This document shows, one piece after another, positions 40,436 through 54,600 of a stretch of DNA of 64,000 nucleotides. The stretch's first letter is position 1; each line of letters starts with the position of its first letter. Source of the DNA: Trichoplax sp. H2 (Eukaryota); contig NOWV01000002.1 of NCBI GenBank assembly GCA_003344405.1, positions 558,001 to 622,000 of the forward strand, read 5' to 3'. The notes beneath the pieces were generated by a model. It made no database searches and was not told the origin of the DNA. It saw only the letters and a list, made by a program, of their open reading frames with translations. The position numbers and the translations under genes were made by a program.

Positions 40436-41042
40436 AGTAGAAAGCGATTCCTTTCCTTCGTTTCTTCTTGATCATCAGCTTTAATGAATCAGCAGTGGCA
40501 TTGCATGCATTCCTGTAATTGTCGTAGCCTAGTTGATTTCATTTCCAAGTGCATCGTTGCATGAAGACAGACTAGTAGAAAGCGATTCCTTTCCTTCATT
40601 TCTTCTTGATCAAGGTCACGAGAAACGTTGATCATCAGCTTTAATGAATCAGCAGTGGCATTGCATGCATTCCTGTAATTGTCGTAGCTTAGTTGATTTC
40701 ATTTCCAAGTGCATCGTTGCATGAAGACAGACTAGTAGAAAGCGATTCCTTTCCTTCATTTCTTCCTGATCAAGGTCACGAGAAACGTTGATCATCAGCA
40801 GTGGCATTGCATGTATTCCTGTAATTGTCGTAGCCTAGTTGATTTCATTTCCAAGTGCATCGTTGCATGAAGACAGACTAGTAGAAAGCGATTCCTTTCC
40901 TTCATTTCTTCTTGATCAAGGTCACGAGAAACGTTGATCATCAGCTTTCATCAATCAGCAGTGGCATTGCATGCATTCCTGTAATTGTCGTAGCCTTGTT
41001 GATTTCATTTCCAAGTGCATCGTTGCATGAAGACAGACTAGA
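40436..41042. repeat. Tandem repeat, 160-bp full unit, 4 copies (two with internal deletions)
   Basis: AGTAGAAAGCGATTCCTTTCC starts at 40436, 40574, 40734 and 40880 (spacings 138, 160 and 146). Confidence 0.95.
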
Positions 41043-41274
41043 TGATTGTACTTACTTGTTGACCATCACGATAGAGTAGCATCATCAAGTTGAAAATTCA
41101 TCATCCATAGGCAAGGTCTTAGCAAGGCTTGAAGAGCTTCATTTCCAAGCCAAGTATCGTAGTATGTGCAGTAATCGCTATTGCATCATCATCGCTCCAG
41201 ATTCAGCAAGATAGTGTACTATACCGTAGAAAGCACTTGAAGATTCAATGTTGCACTTATGGCAAAGTAGCGAT

Positions 41275-41876
41275 CTGTAGATAGATCCACCATCAGCCCA
41301 CAGGATCCATTCTACTCGTAGAGTCATTTTGGCCTTGACCAAAAGTACACTGAACAACTGTCGATACATCATCCAACCAGATCGATTCTATTCGTCCAGT
41401 AGAGAAACATTTTGCCTTGCGCCATAGTAAGGATCTGCAGCTGGATCATCCAATCAACACGATAGATTCCATTCTATGCTCGTGTTAGCAGAGTCATTTT
41501 GCCTTGTACCCAACTACCAACTGGTAGATAGATCATCCAATCAACACGAGATAGATTCCATTCTAGACTCGTATCAGCTTTGTCATTTTGCCTTGTACCA
41601 AACTACCAACTGGTAGATACATCATCCAATCAACACGAGATAGATTCCATTCTAGACTCGTATGAGCAGAGTCATTTTGCCTTGTACCAAACTACCAACT
41701 GGTAGATAGATCATCCAAACCGATCGATTCTATTAGCAGAGTCATTTTGTCATTTTGCCTTGTATCCAACTAGCAACTAGTAGATAGATCATCCAATCAA
41801 CACGATAGATTTCATTCTAGACTCGTGTCAGCAGAGTCATTTTGCCTTGTACCAAACTAGCAACTAGTAGATAGAC
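41275..41876. repeat. Tandem repeat, about 80-90-bp unit, about 5 good and 2 degenerate copies
   Basis: ATCATCCAATCAACACGA...GTCATTTTGCCTTGTACCAAACTACCAACTGGTAGATA is repeated from about 41445 to 41876, with more diverged copies from about 41275. Confidence 0.9.
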
Positions 41877-42444
41877 GGTCTAATTGCATAGGACATCAAA
41901 TTACAGTACTCCTATTTTATTACGATTATACAATTTCTCTTACTTGCAAGATGGCCTTGCAGATATCATGGTTGATGTCGAGTTATTTGAGGCACCATCA
42001 TAAGTTGACTATGTTATACCTTGAAAGATTCAAAACTGCCATGATCTACCCATAATAGTCGTGGACAAAAACAGCATTGTAGGATACATCCATTAGACTA
42101 GTGTAGATACCAAGAAGATCCTATATTGCTAGAGGTAGTGAGTAGATGCCTTGTGTAGACGTTGGAAATGGTCATGCAGATCATGATTTGCTTTCAGCAT
42201 TAAGATTGAACATTGTAATGACGTTTGAGCCAGAATAACTGCTGCAGAATACATCATCGGATTCAATATTGCCATCCTACTACTAGTATCCTTGAAACCA
42301 CAGTATGAAGATAGCCATCATAGCTCATGTGAAAGTTTTCAGACTAGGTAGGTATTTTCCTATCAGCCACTAATCGATCGTTCATGCATTATTTCTACAT
42401 GATATTCGTGTTTACATGCAGTAAGGAGTTTTAAAAATATTCCA

Positions 42445-42870
42445 CAGTAATACCTTGCACACAAGCAGTCTATTGATTGATGACTACATCCTATTTTCAG
42501 GACACTACCCTAGTTTGCAGTGGAGTATCTACATATGGTAAAGAGTCTACAATTATTATTTTTCATACTCTAGACGTAGTCTTACCTTTCATACAATCAC
42601 AACATAAGCAGTCTATAGATGGATTTGAAAATCAATCTCTAAGGCCAATAATTGATGATTACCTCCTATTTCAGGACACACAATAATCCCTACCCTAGTT
42701 GGTTGTTGAGTAGTATATACATTCAGTCAAGAGTCCATAATTATTATTATTTTTATACTCTACAGTAATACCTTCCATGCAATCGCAACACAAGCAGTCT
42801 GTAGATGAATTGAAGATGCAAAATCAATCTCTGGGATCAATGATCGACTGCTTGATATTTCATGACATAG
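42445..42870. repeat. Degenerate tandem repeat (about 2.5 copies)
   Basis: Recurring ACA(C/T)AAGCAGTCT, ATTTCA(G/T)GACA, CTACCCTAGTT and AAGAGTC...ATTATT..ATACTCTA segments. Confidence 0.7.
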
Positions 42871-43456
42871 TACATGGATCCCTCTATCCTAATTTGCAGT
42901 TGATGACGATAAAGAATATGGACATGATTCCTACTGATTGGGCAAATGAGTTGTGGGGATAATAGGCTAGAATGGATAGGAAACGTGTCAAATGGCCTAA
43001 TTCAAGGCGTTAATGTAACTAATGCCTATTCATTTGGATAGCATGACTGTTAAGCTTGTACCCGATATCCTAATCGCGTAGACATGATATAAGTCTAATG
43101 ACAACTCTGACTACCAGAAGGAATCTATGATCAATTGATTTGCCTTACCTGGTACCCTTTCATGAATGTTTAGCACAACATGAGAACCTTGTTAATAATT
43201 CGATTCGATACCATCATGGATCAAGTATTGCCTGTGATGGCGCCATAATGAATATGAAAGCCAAATTAACACGTAGACTAGTTGTTAATGGAATTTATTT
43301 TTAACTCTGCTCCCTTTAATTCTCCACTTTGGAGTTGTTATTAATCCAATGGACAAACAATATCCAACTTGTTAATTATTTATTTGCAAGAAGACTGTTG
43401 TAGATAATGTAGATTGCTCTCATCGCTATCCATTTCATTCTAGGTGGCTGACAAGA

Positions 43457-46400
43457 ATGTCGGAAAAAAGAGAAGCATTTGTAACCCTTGCTACCAATGA
43501 CAGCTATGCTGTAGGTGCATTTGTCTTGGGAAATTCTCTTCGCAATGTTAAAACAACTCGCGAATTAGTGGTTTTAATCACCGATGAAGTTACCCATCAT
43601 TACCGGTAAGTCTTTGATTTTGCATTGATATTTATTCATGTTTGCTTTATTGCAAGCTCCATTGGTAGCGAAGCTCGTACTGTACGTATCTTTTGACCCA
43701 AATGATGGAGGAGGATAACTTTGGTTTTTAATCCTCATCACGGCCTATTACTAATTCCATCAGTTTCTTTTTGTGCCACTACTTTTACTATGCATAGTAC
43801 AACAATGATAGAATAGAATAAAGCAGATCATGAAATGGGTCTTCATCTATACTTGCTGTTAATAATTCCTCCATCTATCGACCGATAATGCTGGTATAGA
43901 AGGAGAGAATAGTTCCTTCCTCAATGTCGTAACCAGTTCCTTTTAGTTATTGAGAAGGAAAGAACTAGCTTTCAAATTTTACTACTCGTCTACACAGTAG
44001 AATAGAACTACAAACCTCTTGCCAATCGTTCATGGCGCTGAAATGCAAGAGGATTTATTTGCAATCGGAGTGTGTTAAAATAGTTTTCACTCGTTGAAAA
44101 TTTCCATCTGTATAGCATCAAGGTTATCCATCGATTCCAGCGTTGTGGGAAATGGTCTTCCCATATTCGTAACGTATAATTCAATGTAGATTACTATATA
44201 GAGCATCAATCGATCGCTCTAATCCAAGGTCCTCCTCATATTATGGTATTGCTTAACATGACTACAAGGATCCATTTATCGTTTTAGCTATCATGATTAA
44301 ATGATCAGCTCTGTGCGTAAAAGTACATGACAAATCTATTTCTAAGCAGCAATCGAGATACCTCTTGCTCTTTCCTTTCCTACCTAACCGATTAAAAGTT
44401 TGGGATCAAGTCAAGTGAAATGGACTTGATCCAAAGTTTTCACCAAGGGTCAATTTAATTTTTTATAACATCAATTTCTATCTGGATTCTGTAAAGACCA
44501 TGAATCATTTCACTACGTTGATCAACATTTTTCTTCATCTTCATAGCCTTGAGATTTCAATAATCATGGTATTCATTTTTGAAGACATTTTTTTATCTTC
44601 CTCATTTCTTTACCCTTTAAAAGTTGATTTTCATTTTGAATTGAATGGTGAACTATTCCATTATACTGTAGATTGCTAGTTATAGCCGTCACAATCTAAT
44701 TTTTTAGCATCATCTCCAAATCGAGTTCATTAACTTGGTTAAGAGTACATGATAATCAATTAACACGAAATGGTCGCAACATGGGCAATCTAAATTTCAA
44801 GGTGTTAGATTAACAACTTGCAACAACATGCGATTCAATTTATCCGTGGTACATGTTCAACTTGCACCAAGTAGGATGAGGATAATACTCTATTTTATTG
44901 AAGAAGTTAGCAACGATGTGTATAATGTTATCCTTTTATTATTTATAGATTCGATGGCAAATTCAAAGCCAATTTTTACATTGTTTAGAGTAGTCAAAGT
45001 GTTATAATCGAGTTTTAAACTTCACTTTATTATTTACTTAATATTCTAACCTATCTCCGAATATTAATTTTCCAATCAGACCATTCTGCCAAGATAATGA
45101 TCGATTTGTATCACAATTTCTCCAAGGGTGATTTGAGTTGCTTTAACGATGGAATAGACTAGCTTAAGATGCTAGAAAGAATAATAAAAAGTCTTTCTGA
45201 AGCAATTGAACACCATCTCCCGAATGTGTTATGAATATTATGGCAAGTTTAATGGATTAGTAGAGTATGGACAAAGTTGCTTAGCATTACATCCATTTTA
45301 TGATTAAAATCCTAAAGCATGATTGTGTAATAAATACGTTTATTAGTAAAGGACCCAAGTTAATAACACGGCCTAGAGTGAATGCAGTGTTTATTTGAAT
45401 TAAGTACGAATGAAAAATATTCCCATTTCACGCTATGTTGTGATAGTAATCTTAACGTTATCATCGTAGGGAATCGAAAGCAATATTTTAGCGTTAGATT
45501 TTCCATGTACTGTATATCGAGCAAGAAAATGATGAAATTATAATTAATTTGGCCAAAAGTTCATACTTTACTTGTCGTACAGGTCCGTTCGATTACTGTA
45601 CAATCAGTTAATGAATAATTCTACATGTTGATAAATTCAATTTAACGATCTACATTTTTATACTTTGCAAAATCTGACTTTCTAACCTTGATTGTGGTAA
45701 CTACGTCTTAGTTGATTCAATACTGTAGTAAACTTCGTAAAGGATCTGGTTTTAACCGATCACTTAAGAAAGTTCAGAAAGATCAATTCGATAGCTTAGC
45801 TTCTCGTTAATATGATACTTCAAAGAGAATGGAGAAATCGTCTTGAACGAGACAGTGGTAAAGGGAAATGGAAATTCTAGGTTATTCATCAATTTTAATT
45901 TTTCATTTTATCGACACATGAAGGAGATCCAATGTCCTTTGCTTTTTCTACTTCTATGCCATACAAATGTTGTCATTAATAATCCTCGTTAGAATATCCA
46001 TTAATAATTCCTTGACTTCATCTCCATAAGTAATGTCATTTTCTCTGCCTTTTTTAGTTTTCAGTCATCTACTACCCTTTTGCAATACGTAAGCTCATCC
46101 ATCTTTTAACTTAACTATTACCATGCTAAATGTTCTCCTTTTTCATTTAATTATTTACACTATGCTTGACTACGGTTATTCCTATTAAAATTGTAGATAG
46201 AAAGTCCACAAAATTGACCTACTTAATATTTAATTGCATGATAAGACTGACAATAGTGAGATTATATTGTGCAATGTAATGGCTTAAGATCGATTGTGTT
46301 TCTTACCCTTCCCTTTAATCCTATCTAGCAAAGTGGATGACTTATTACGCTGTTTCTTGTCAATTTTAAATAACTGGTTTAGAGTCTTTTGAACCGTGGG

Positions 46401-49400
46401 GAAAATTAAGACTCCACTTTTTGACCTACCCACCAAACTTAAAGCTAAAAATGTTTTAATCTTATATCAATTATAATGGACATTATAGATTCAAAATAGC
46501 GACATGTACAGTATATATGGAGGTTGGATCAAATGAGAATTAAGCTATAATCTAGAATAAAGGATAAAAGGGTTACGGAAAATTCTAGGGTTGTTAGGGC
46601 AGCTATTAGATTACGAATGATACTCTTACCCTTAACGATTAGCCATATAGGCTAGAAGAGAGAAAGTAAATAATCTTTATTAACTGTAACTGCTAATATA
46701 AATCGAAATTGTGTCTACAAACATGTAGACTGCCAGTCGAAATAGTAAATAAAAATTTTATAGGATAGTGGATAAAAAACCAAGAATCAACAATTTCATC
46801 TTCGTAATGAGGATAAAATACTCTAATCTTTGACCGTCTACACAGTTTTAGGCATCGATAATTCCAAAATTTTATTTGATATTGGATAGAAGCTATTCAT
46901 CAGTCAATGAGTTGTAAATCCCATTAAAATAATTCATTCGAATAAAAGATCGAAAGAGTAATCGTCTATAGATATATAAACGTTAACTATTGGATAGAAC
47001 CCCAAAAGCATTTCATGAGAGGTACTATAAAATCCGAACTGTAAATTATCTACCGTCATGTGGATATCAAATACATCCATATTTTCATGGAATATGATTT
47101 AGAAATCACCGAATTATGGATCCCATAACAACAGTTTAAAATCACAAATGACTGCGCAGTTACCAACATGTAATAATCAGATTTTACTGAAATTTTCATA
47201 CAATATTGGATATAATCTGCTAGAATCGTAGTCTCCTTATTGCGATTGATGTAATAAAAGAAAGCTATCGTTACTAACAAACATGGGGATATTGAATTTA
47301 TCGATATTTCTTTAAAAATGGATGATTTTTGGATCATGTTATAATTAATGATAGAAAAAAATCCAAATTGTTGAACTGTCTAGACAGACACAACAATTAA
47401 AAATAGAACCTTACAAATCATGACTGTAGTTGAAAGTTGGAGCTCATTGAAAATATCTTGATGCAATAATCACCGGTGTATTTTTACTATAACAACAATT
47501 CTAACAACCGTAATGGTGCACCCAAACTAAGCAGCTACTGAGATTAATTGCTATATTGTTAATTACTGTTAGGTATCGTTTACGCCATGTCTTTGATATT
47601 GTCAAGCTGGTTGATCCATTCGATAGTGGTGACGAGAAGCATTTACGCCTTTTGGGTAGGCCCGATTTAGGTATTACACTAACTAAATTGCATTGCTGGA
47701 GATTGACTGAATTTAGCAAAGCTGTATTCCTGGATGCCGATACCTTGGTTATTGGAAATATTGATGATTTATTTACCCGCCCTGAATTATCTGCTGCGCC
47801 TGATGTCGGCTGGCCTGACTGCTTTAATTCTGGTGTTTTTGTATATAAGCCTTCCATGCAAACATATCAAACAATAGTAGCATTTGCTTTACAATTTGGC
47901 AGCTTTGACGGTAATATATATTTACAGTTTCTATAAAAGTAGACAACATAACGTTTGTTTTGTATATCTTCTTCGCGAGCATTATTAATTTTTGCTTGTA
48001 CTTGGATAGGTGGCGATCAAGGATTATTGAACGAATTCTTCAATACTTGGGCCACAAGCGATATTAACACCCATTTACCCTTTACTTATAATATGACAGC
48101 TACCTCAGCATATTGGTATGCACCGGCTTTGAACAGGTAGATATGGCCTTCGTATAAGAGTAGATGTTATTCCTCGATACGTAATAATAGACTTTTGAGT
48201 TCTTTTTGGTAGCACAGTAGTGTAGACTACACGTAATAGTTTAACTTATCAATTCACATGATCTATAAAAATTGAATATTAAATTCTTTAAATCATGATA
48301 TTGTAGGAAAAGCAGTTCGTAACTGTGAGACGTAATTATGAATTGGATCATCTAGTAATTATAATTCAGCTATACTTATGAAAACCGTTATGCGATTTAT
48401 TAGGTCTTACCAGTATCTTTAGCAATTTAATGCTTCCTTGCACCGCTGAATAGATAAATCATACTGGAGTCGTGTTTTTTTTTATTTGATCTTCGATACT
48501 AAGTGTAAATTTACAATAAAAGATCAATCTAAAGCCTTTTTCTTTTCTACTCATCAATGTACACAAATAGTCGATAACAAAGATATGCATGGATTTATTG
48601 CTAGGTTCTCCAAGGATATAAAAGTGGTGCATTTTATTGGAGCCCTTAAGCCTTGGCATCACCTCTACAACAAAGATACTGGCCACTTAGACTTGAATGA
48701 AAAATTTCAAGAAGGACAACAACCATTTCTTACGAATTATGTGCAACGTTGGTGGGAAATTTATACGGCTAGCGTTAATAAATTACCTTCTGAAGTAAGT
48801 ATGCAGTCACCAGTTGTGTTATTGAAGTATGATTTTAATCTACTTTATGTTAGATACTTACTTCTTACAGTGTTCTAAATAACATAAATCTTTGTATTTT
48901 GGTTTTAATTTTGTCGTATCGACAGCTCAGAGATGAGCCAGAACGATCTTGGTCGCACCAAGTTACGCAAGATTCTACCGAAAGCATTGAATTGGATATG
49001 GCTGCCTTGAGCTATGCTAATATTCAGCGAAAGATGGAGGAGACCATGTTCCAAAGTCATCCATCGGCGTCATCTAGTAACATACCTTTACCTGCTCTGT
49101 CTTCCTTAAATAGTGGTACTGTACAAGATAGTTTTGGTTATGCTGCTATACAACAAAAAATGAATGAAACTATCTCACGAAGTGGTGTTCAATCAACCAA
49201 GAAAGAGAAAATATCAAGTCCATCCAAATTAATTAAATCAAACGTAAACGAGCCATCTACTTCAGATAAATCTACAACGAAAGTACCATCAGCCCACGAT
49301 ACTGATGCACAATCTCTAGCGCCAAAAATAGGTCAGGATGCCACTACAAAATCATCATCGACAAAAACATCTACCTCGAATAAAGAAGCTAAAATATCCG

Positions 49401-49426
49401 CAAATAAAGGGACAAGTTCGCGGTAA
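43457..49426 (+). CDS. GYG1: Glycogenin (GT8 self-glucosylating glycogen primer); exons about 43457-43605, 47573-47910, 48010-48137, 48605-48795, 48926-49426
   Basis: [44 protein letters not shown] (DxD), [41 protein letters not shown] (autoglucosylation Tyr region) and [12 protein letters not shown]. Confidence 0.95.
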
Positions 49427-51620
49427 ACTAGTGGCGTAAAAATGACTAAAGCATCGAAAATTTCTAAATAAATAAGAAATATTAAATGAGTGATAGCAAT
49501 GCTGACTAATTAAGAAAAGGAAAGGGTTCTTCATAAACAAAGATAGTTAAGATGTAAATTTAACTGTAATAACGTACTCTATATAAAGTTTTGTTCAACT
49601 CATTCGGAGTAAGGGTTAGTATATCGTTCAATTTCTGTGCACTTCACTAGATTTAAAATTAGCATCATATGATCGTAGTTGATATTATAGAGTTCGTTTT
49701 CGAATTCAGGTTCTCTGACGATTTCACTTGTACAATTTAGTTGAAAGTATTTAACTATTTATCGTGTTTTTCACTAAGGTCAAATTTGTTTCCAAACTAT
49801 CCTAGACAGTGCTGTCGTGTTTTCATGAATGATCGCGTAGTAAAATGTAATAAAATATATATTTTTCTTCTCAAGTCACTTACAAGTTATCTACAGTTAG
49901 TGAAGTTAGTCCGTTGCTGTAGTTTACTATTCCTATACAGGATTGATTAGATAATCCTAGATTTGTCCAGATTTGGGGATTGACCACAACATGATAGGAG
50001 ATCGATGGTTTAGGAATAGAAATATTTATATAACAGCAGGCATGTATAGCAGGGAAGGAGTAAGATTTGTGATCTATATTCTAACCTCCTTCACTATTCT
50101 GAGTGGACCAATGATAGTATAACAAACTACAAAAGAGTATCGAAATAGAATTATGAACTATATATACTGTACTGAGTATTGACAATAATCAATCATGGCT
50201 GACTTGGTAAGTGGATATCTTTCTGTATAGATACGCACTTTGTAGTAGATTATACGTGGAATAGTAGTTAAACGAAAGTTGAAAGTTACCGTTAGGCTTG
50301 CAGAAAGACGCGTTTTAATATGCGAGGTTGCATTTGGTAAAAGGTTAGACTATAGTTTTTAAATTGATACTAAAAATTTAATTTAAATTTTAAAGAAACT
50401 TAATTACCGGCGTGCATCTTTAAGCTTAATGTGGATATTATTATCATCGATCTTGACTTCTACTGCGTGTAAGAGAGCTAGCTTTTGCTAACTGTAAATA
50501 ATTAATTAGTGTAAGAGTGATTTATTAACTTGAACAACGTTTCAAAAAGAGATGTAAGCATCAAATTGTTATATCCCAGAATAATCATGGTTAAAATGAC
50601 GCCTAATGTATTCATTAAATGCGAAGGGATTAGCCAATGAAGCATAGATTAGACTACTACTCATAGAAGAGAAAGAAAGTAATTCTGCAACAACTTCATA
50701 CCATCATCATTAAAACAAAGTACAGCCTAGTCGGGCTTTACATCAAGTATAACTCTATTGAGTTAACTTCATGCCTATTTCGGCCGCTATTAAACGGAAG
50801 AAGCACAGAACAGTTACTAACGTAGACTGCAACATAACCTATACGGTGAGATCTAATGTAACTCAATCACTTCGACTTATTAAAAAAAATATGAGACCTT
50901 ATACAACAAGGTCTGATATTGATGAAGGAAACCTTTTGTAAAGCCCTAACTCTAACTTGTTAATGACAATAAATGGCCTCTAGATACAATTATAAGATAT
51001 TTTATATGTATTTATACAAAGCATAGCTTTTAAATTTATTTTATTTACTTCAAAGGATGGTTCAAGTGATACGCAATTTGTTTCGAAAACTTGATCTATT
51101 CTATCAAGTCTTAATAGAAATAGTCTTTAGATTAGGAAATGCAGATGTGCTTGAAAATAGCAATATTACGTATTTTAAATTAATACTTCATTGAAAAATA
51201 AGAAATTCATTTTATCCGGTCATCAATAGAAAGTTATTTACAGTGTAGCAGTACATCAGTTGTATGTAGCTATGATAACTTCGTTATTAATAAATAATAA
51301 ATTGGCCAATTTCTCCTTGAGGGAATGACAATTAATGCATCAATTACTGTATTATTTGTCTCACAAAGTATAATACAAAATTTGCCAATGTATCAACTTT
51401 TATACAATCTTATCCAGAGTTAGGAATGAGTTGTTTGGAGTTGTGTAAATACACTATACGGACAGATATTAATAAAATAGAAAAATAGTTTCTTCCCTTA
51501 AGTATTTGTGAGCTAATATAATTATTTATGCCTAAATTAATTAGTGTTATTTGCTTTTAGAATGTCCAGGAATAATATCATCACTCATGCCTATCGCATT
51601 CAATTTTTATACCTCTAAAT

Positions 51621-54600
51621 CTACTTCTTGATACTAGACGAGGTACTTTTGCTAATAGAGACTTTACTATTGGCCGCCGAGGTGGGCTTGCGACCTATCG
51701 ATGTAGATAATTTAGAGTCCTGGCCAACTCGGATACTACTGCCCTTAGTAGAAGATCTCTTTCCATCTGGCTTCTTTTGAAGCTTCAAAAGAGCTGTACC
51801 TTTCTTTTTCTCTTTTGAAGGCCCTTCACTAGGCTGTTTACTTGCAGCACTTTGGATAGGCCTTCCTGTAGCTGTAACAATAAAATGCGAAAGATATACA
51901 TTTTATTTAATTCACTATGATATGCCGTAGGCTATTAGGTCTTTGAGGATTTTATTCAATGACAATGAACTACTTCCTTCTACACTTTCTCTAATTTAGT
52001 GTTATACCTAAAAATCTTATAAATGTTAAATATTAACCTGAATCGATTTTATAACATTCATCTTTATGACGAGCATTCCAAGCCCGAAGTTTACACTGCT
52101 TACTACAGTAGTAAACTTTGAGGCATCTTGAACACGCTGTAAGCCTTACACCAATCGATCGTCCACACTCATAGCAATAGCAAAATGATGGTTTAGCAAC
52201 GAATCGATGTCGACCTTGATGATTTAAAACATATCAAAGGGCATTAATAATAACAGTAGATCAGATAAGACAGAAAAAATCTCTTCAATATACAGTAATG
52301 AAGTAGACAATATCCTTGTGGGTCAACCGAAATATTCATTCTCCCATTTACATTAAATAGACAGAAAATGAACAGTTACATCTTCCACTTACCAGGTGTT
52401 AAGCGGCGGGATCCTCTGCTTGAATTTTTAGTATTTTCGGTAATTTCCCCCTCACCACCAACGGTAGATGTTTTAATACCCAAAGAACCGACCGTTTCTA
52501 ATAAAATTAAGGGGATAATGACTTTACACCACTAACACTTCAAGGCTTATTGCCTATGGATGTTTAAGACTGGTACGGCTTCAACGAACACTAATACATC
52601 ATTGTTGTTAACATTTTTTAATCAAGATCATGTTGATTAGAGTTATATCCTAGTAACAATTTTCATTTTAACTATTAATCCTAAATCACTTCAAGTAATG
52701 TCCTCTCTATTATATTATTACTGCTGTCAAAATTCTGCTCTTTAACATCAATAGTTAAATCTACGTAATTTACTATATACTAGAACTAACGTGTAGTTTC
52801 TGGACGCCATGCCTCTGCAGCATTCTTGTCTTTGGTCACTCTCTCTCGTAAAGCATCGCTATAATGGGCAAGGATACGACGTCTGGCATTATAGCATTCT
52901 CGTTCATTAGGAGTTAAAGCATGATACGGTGTATGAGCAATTTTTTTATCCTATCAGTTTTATAGTTGGAATAATCAAATGATAGCCAGATATTATGATA
53001 TATTCTATTGAAAGCTTATTGTCTATTCCATATTAATCCCATAAATGCCAATTTTTTTATGTCTTTTGACTAATCATGTCTGGCACGAGCTTAAATCACA
53101 TGGATAGCTATAATAATCGTAAATTGCTAACCTGATGAAATGCATGAAAGGCATAATCAACGGCAGTGCCTGGCGGTAATTTCTTGGTTACAACAATAGG
53201 TTGAAGAATATCTGCGCCAGCTTTAATTAACTTATTAATTAAGCGAATTCGATCATCTAAGGTACGAAAGCGTTCTGCTTCTAATGTTGATGCAGCCGCT
53301 AAAGCAGATCCAACGCCAAATCCTAACGGCTGATTGGGATCGACATTATTCTTCAAGAGTGTATCGACCGCCTATTAATAGTAAAGTCAGTTCACTTATG
53401 TTTTATTGGCTAGATATCTTATTTTAAATGGAATGTAACGACGTAGAATAAATATTGAAGGCTACTGCCATAATTTGAAATGGGGTAGTTATGCTTTCAA
53501 TACTATCTTGAAAGTCGTTAAGATGTGTCATTTTTATACTTGATTCAAGATAAAATGATATTAGTTTAGAAGAGAAGGATAGGCTAAAAGATATCTTACC
53601 AGATCATTTCCATGAATGATGGCTAAGGATAAAGGTGAATGTCCATTGCACAACAGATGGCAATCTGCTCTATTACTGATCAGCATTTGGACGATTTGGT
53701 TTGCTTTCTAGAGGAGGATCAAATTACACACAAGATTTATTGTTTTTTAGAAATGATATGATAGTCCTCGATATTATTTTAAATTTTACAATTATCGTAG
53801 CAGAAAGTAAGGTTCAATCCATGGTAATATACGTATTAATAATAGATGTATGTTATGGATCGTGCCGGTTATCCATCTTTTTAGAAACGATGTTATGCTC
53901 AATTTGTTATTCAACTATTTCAAAAGGAAAATAGAATTTCAGGTAATGTATCTCGCTCGTGCACATCTAAAGTCAATTATAATGTGGAATTTATGATTTC
54001 TATTTTATTTGGGAAATGACGTTACACTTATTGATATTCTATTTTAGCTACTGCAGAAGAAAGTAAGATTATTCTGGATATGTTAATTAGATACTATAGT
54101 AGTAAAGATTATTTACAATTTTCACATTGCGCTTTCATTAAAATGACACTCTTTTTACTACTATTATTTTTACTTATGGAAAAAAGAAATGTGTAAGAGA
54201 TTCTACGTCGTCCATTATAGTGTTAATAATATTTTGTTATTTTAAAACTGCATTCCATGTTTGTAGCTAATATAATAGATGGCAATTTTGTAATCCTAAA
54301 ATAGGAATAAAAGTAGGAAGATGTGATATAGGAAAGCTATAGGTGTAACTAACCTCGAAGTTATCTTGGCGTGAACAAGTGATATGTAGAGCAGTTCTTC
54401 CGCCTTCTCGAAAGTTATTATCGCAAGCTTTACAACACAAACTAGATCCATCTTTAGTCAAGCCACCGTTGCAAGCTGTAGTAAGATTTGTTATCGTCTC
54501 GGTTAAATGTCGATGAGTAAAATTAAGATGATTAAGACTTTGGCGATGACGGACGACATGATGGCTGCCTTCTTGATCATGTGAAGGCTGATTGTGATGG

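Noticed and set aside
40436..41876. Possible CRISPR-like array
   Set aside because: The units are contiguous tandem copies without unique spacers, there are no cas genes, and the context is eukaryotic.
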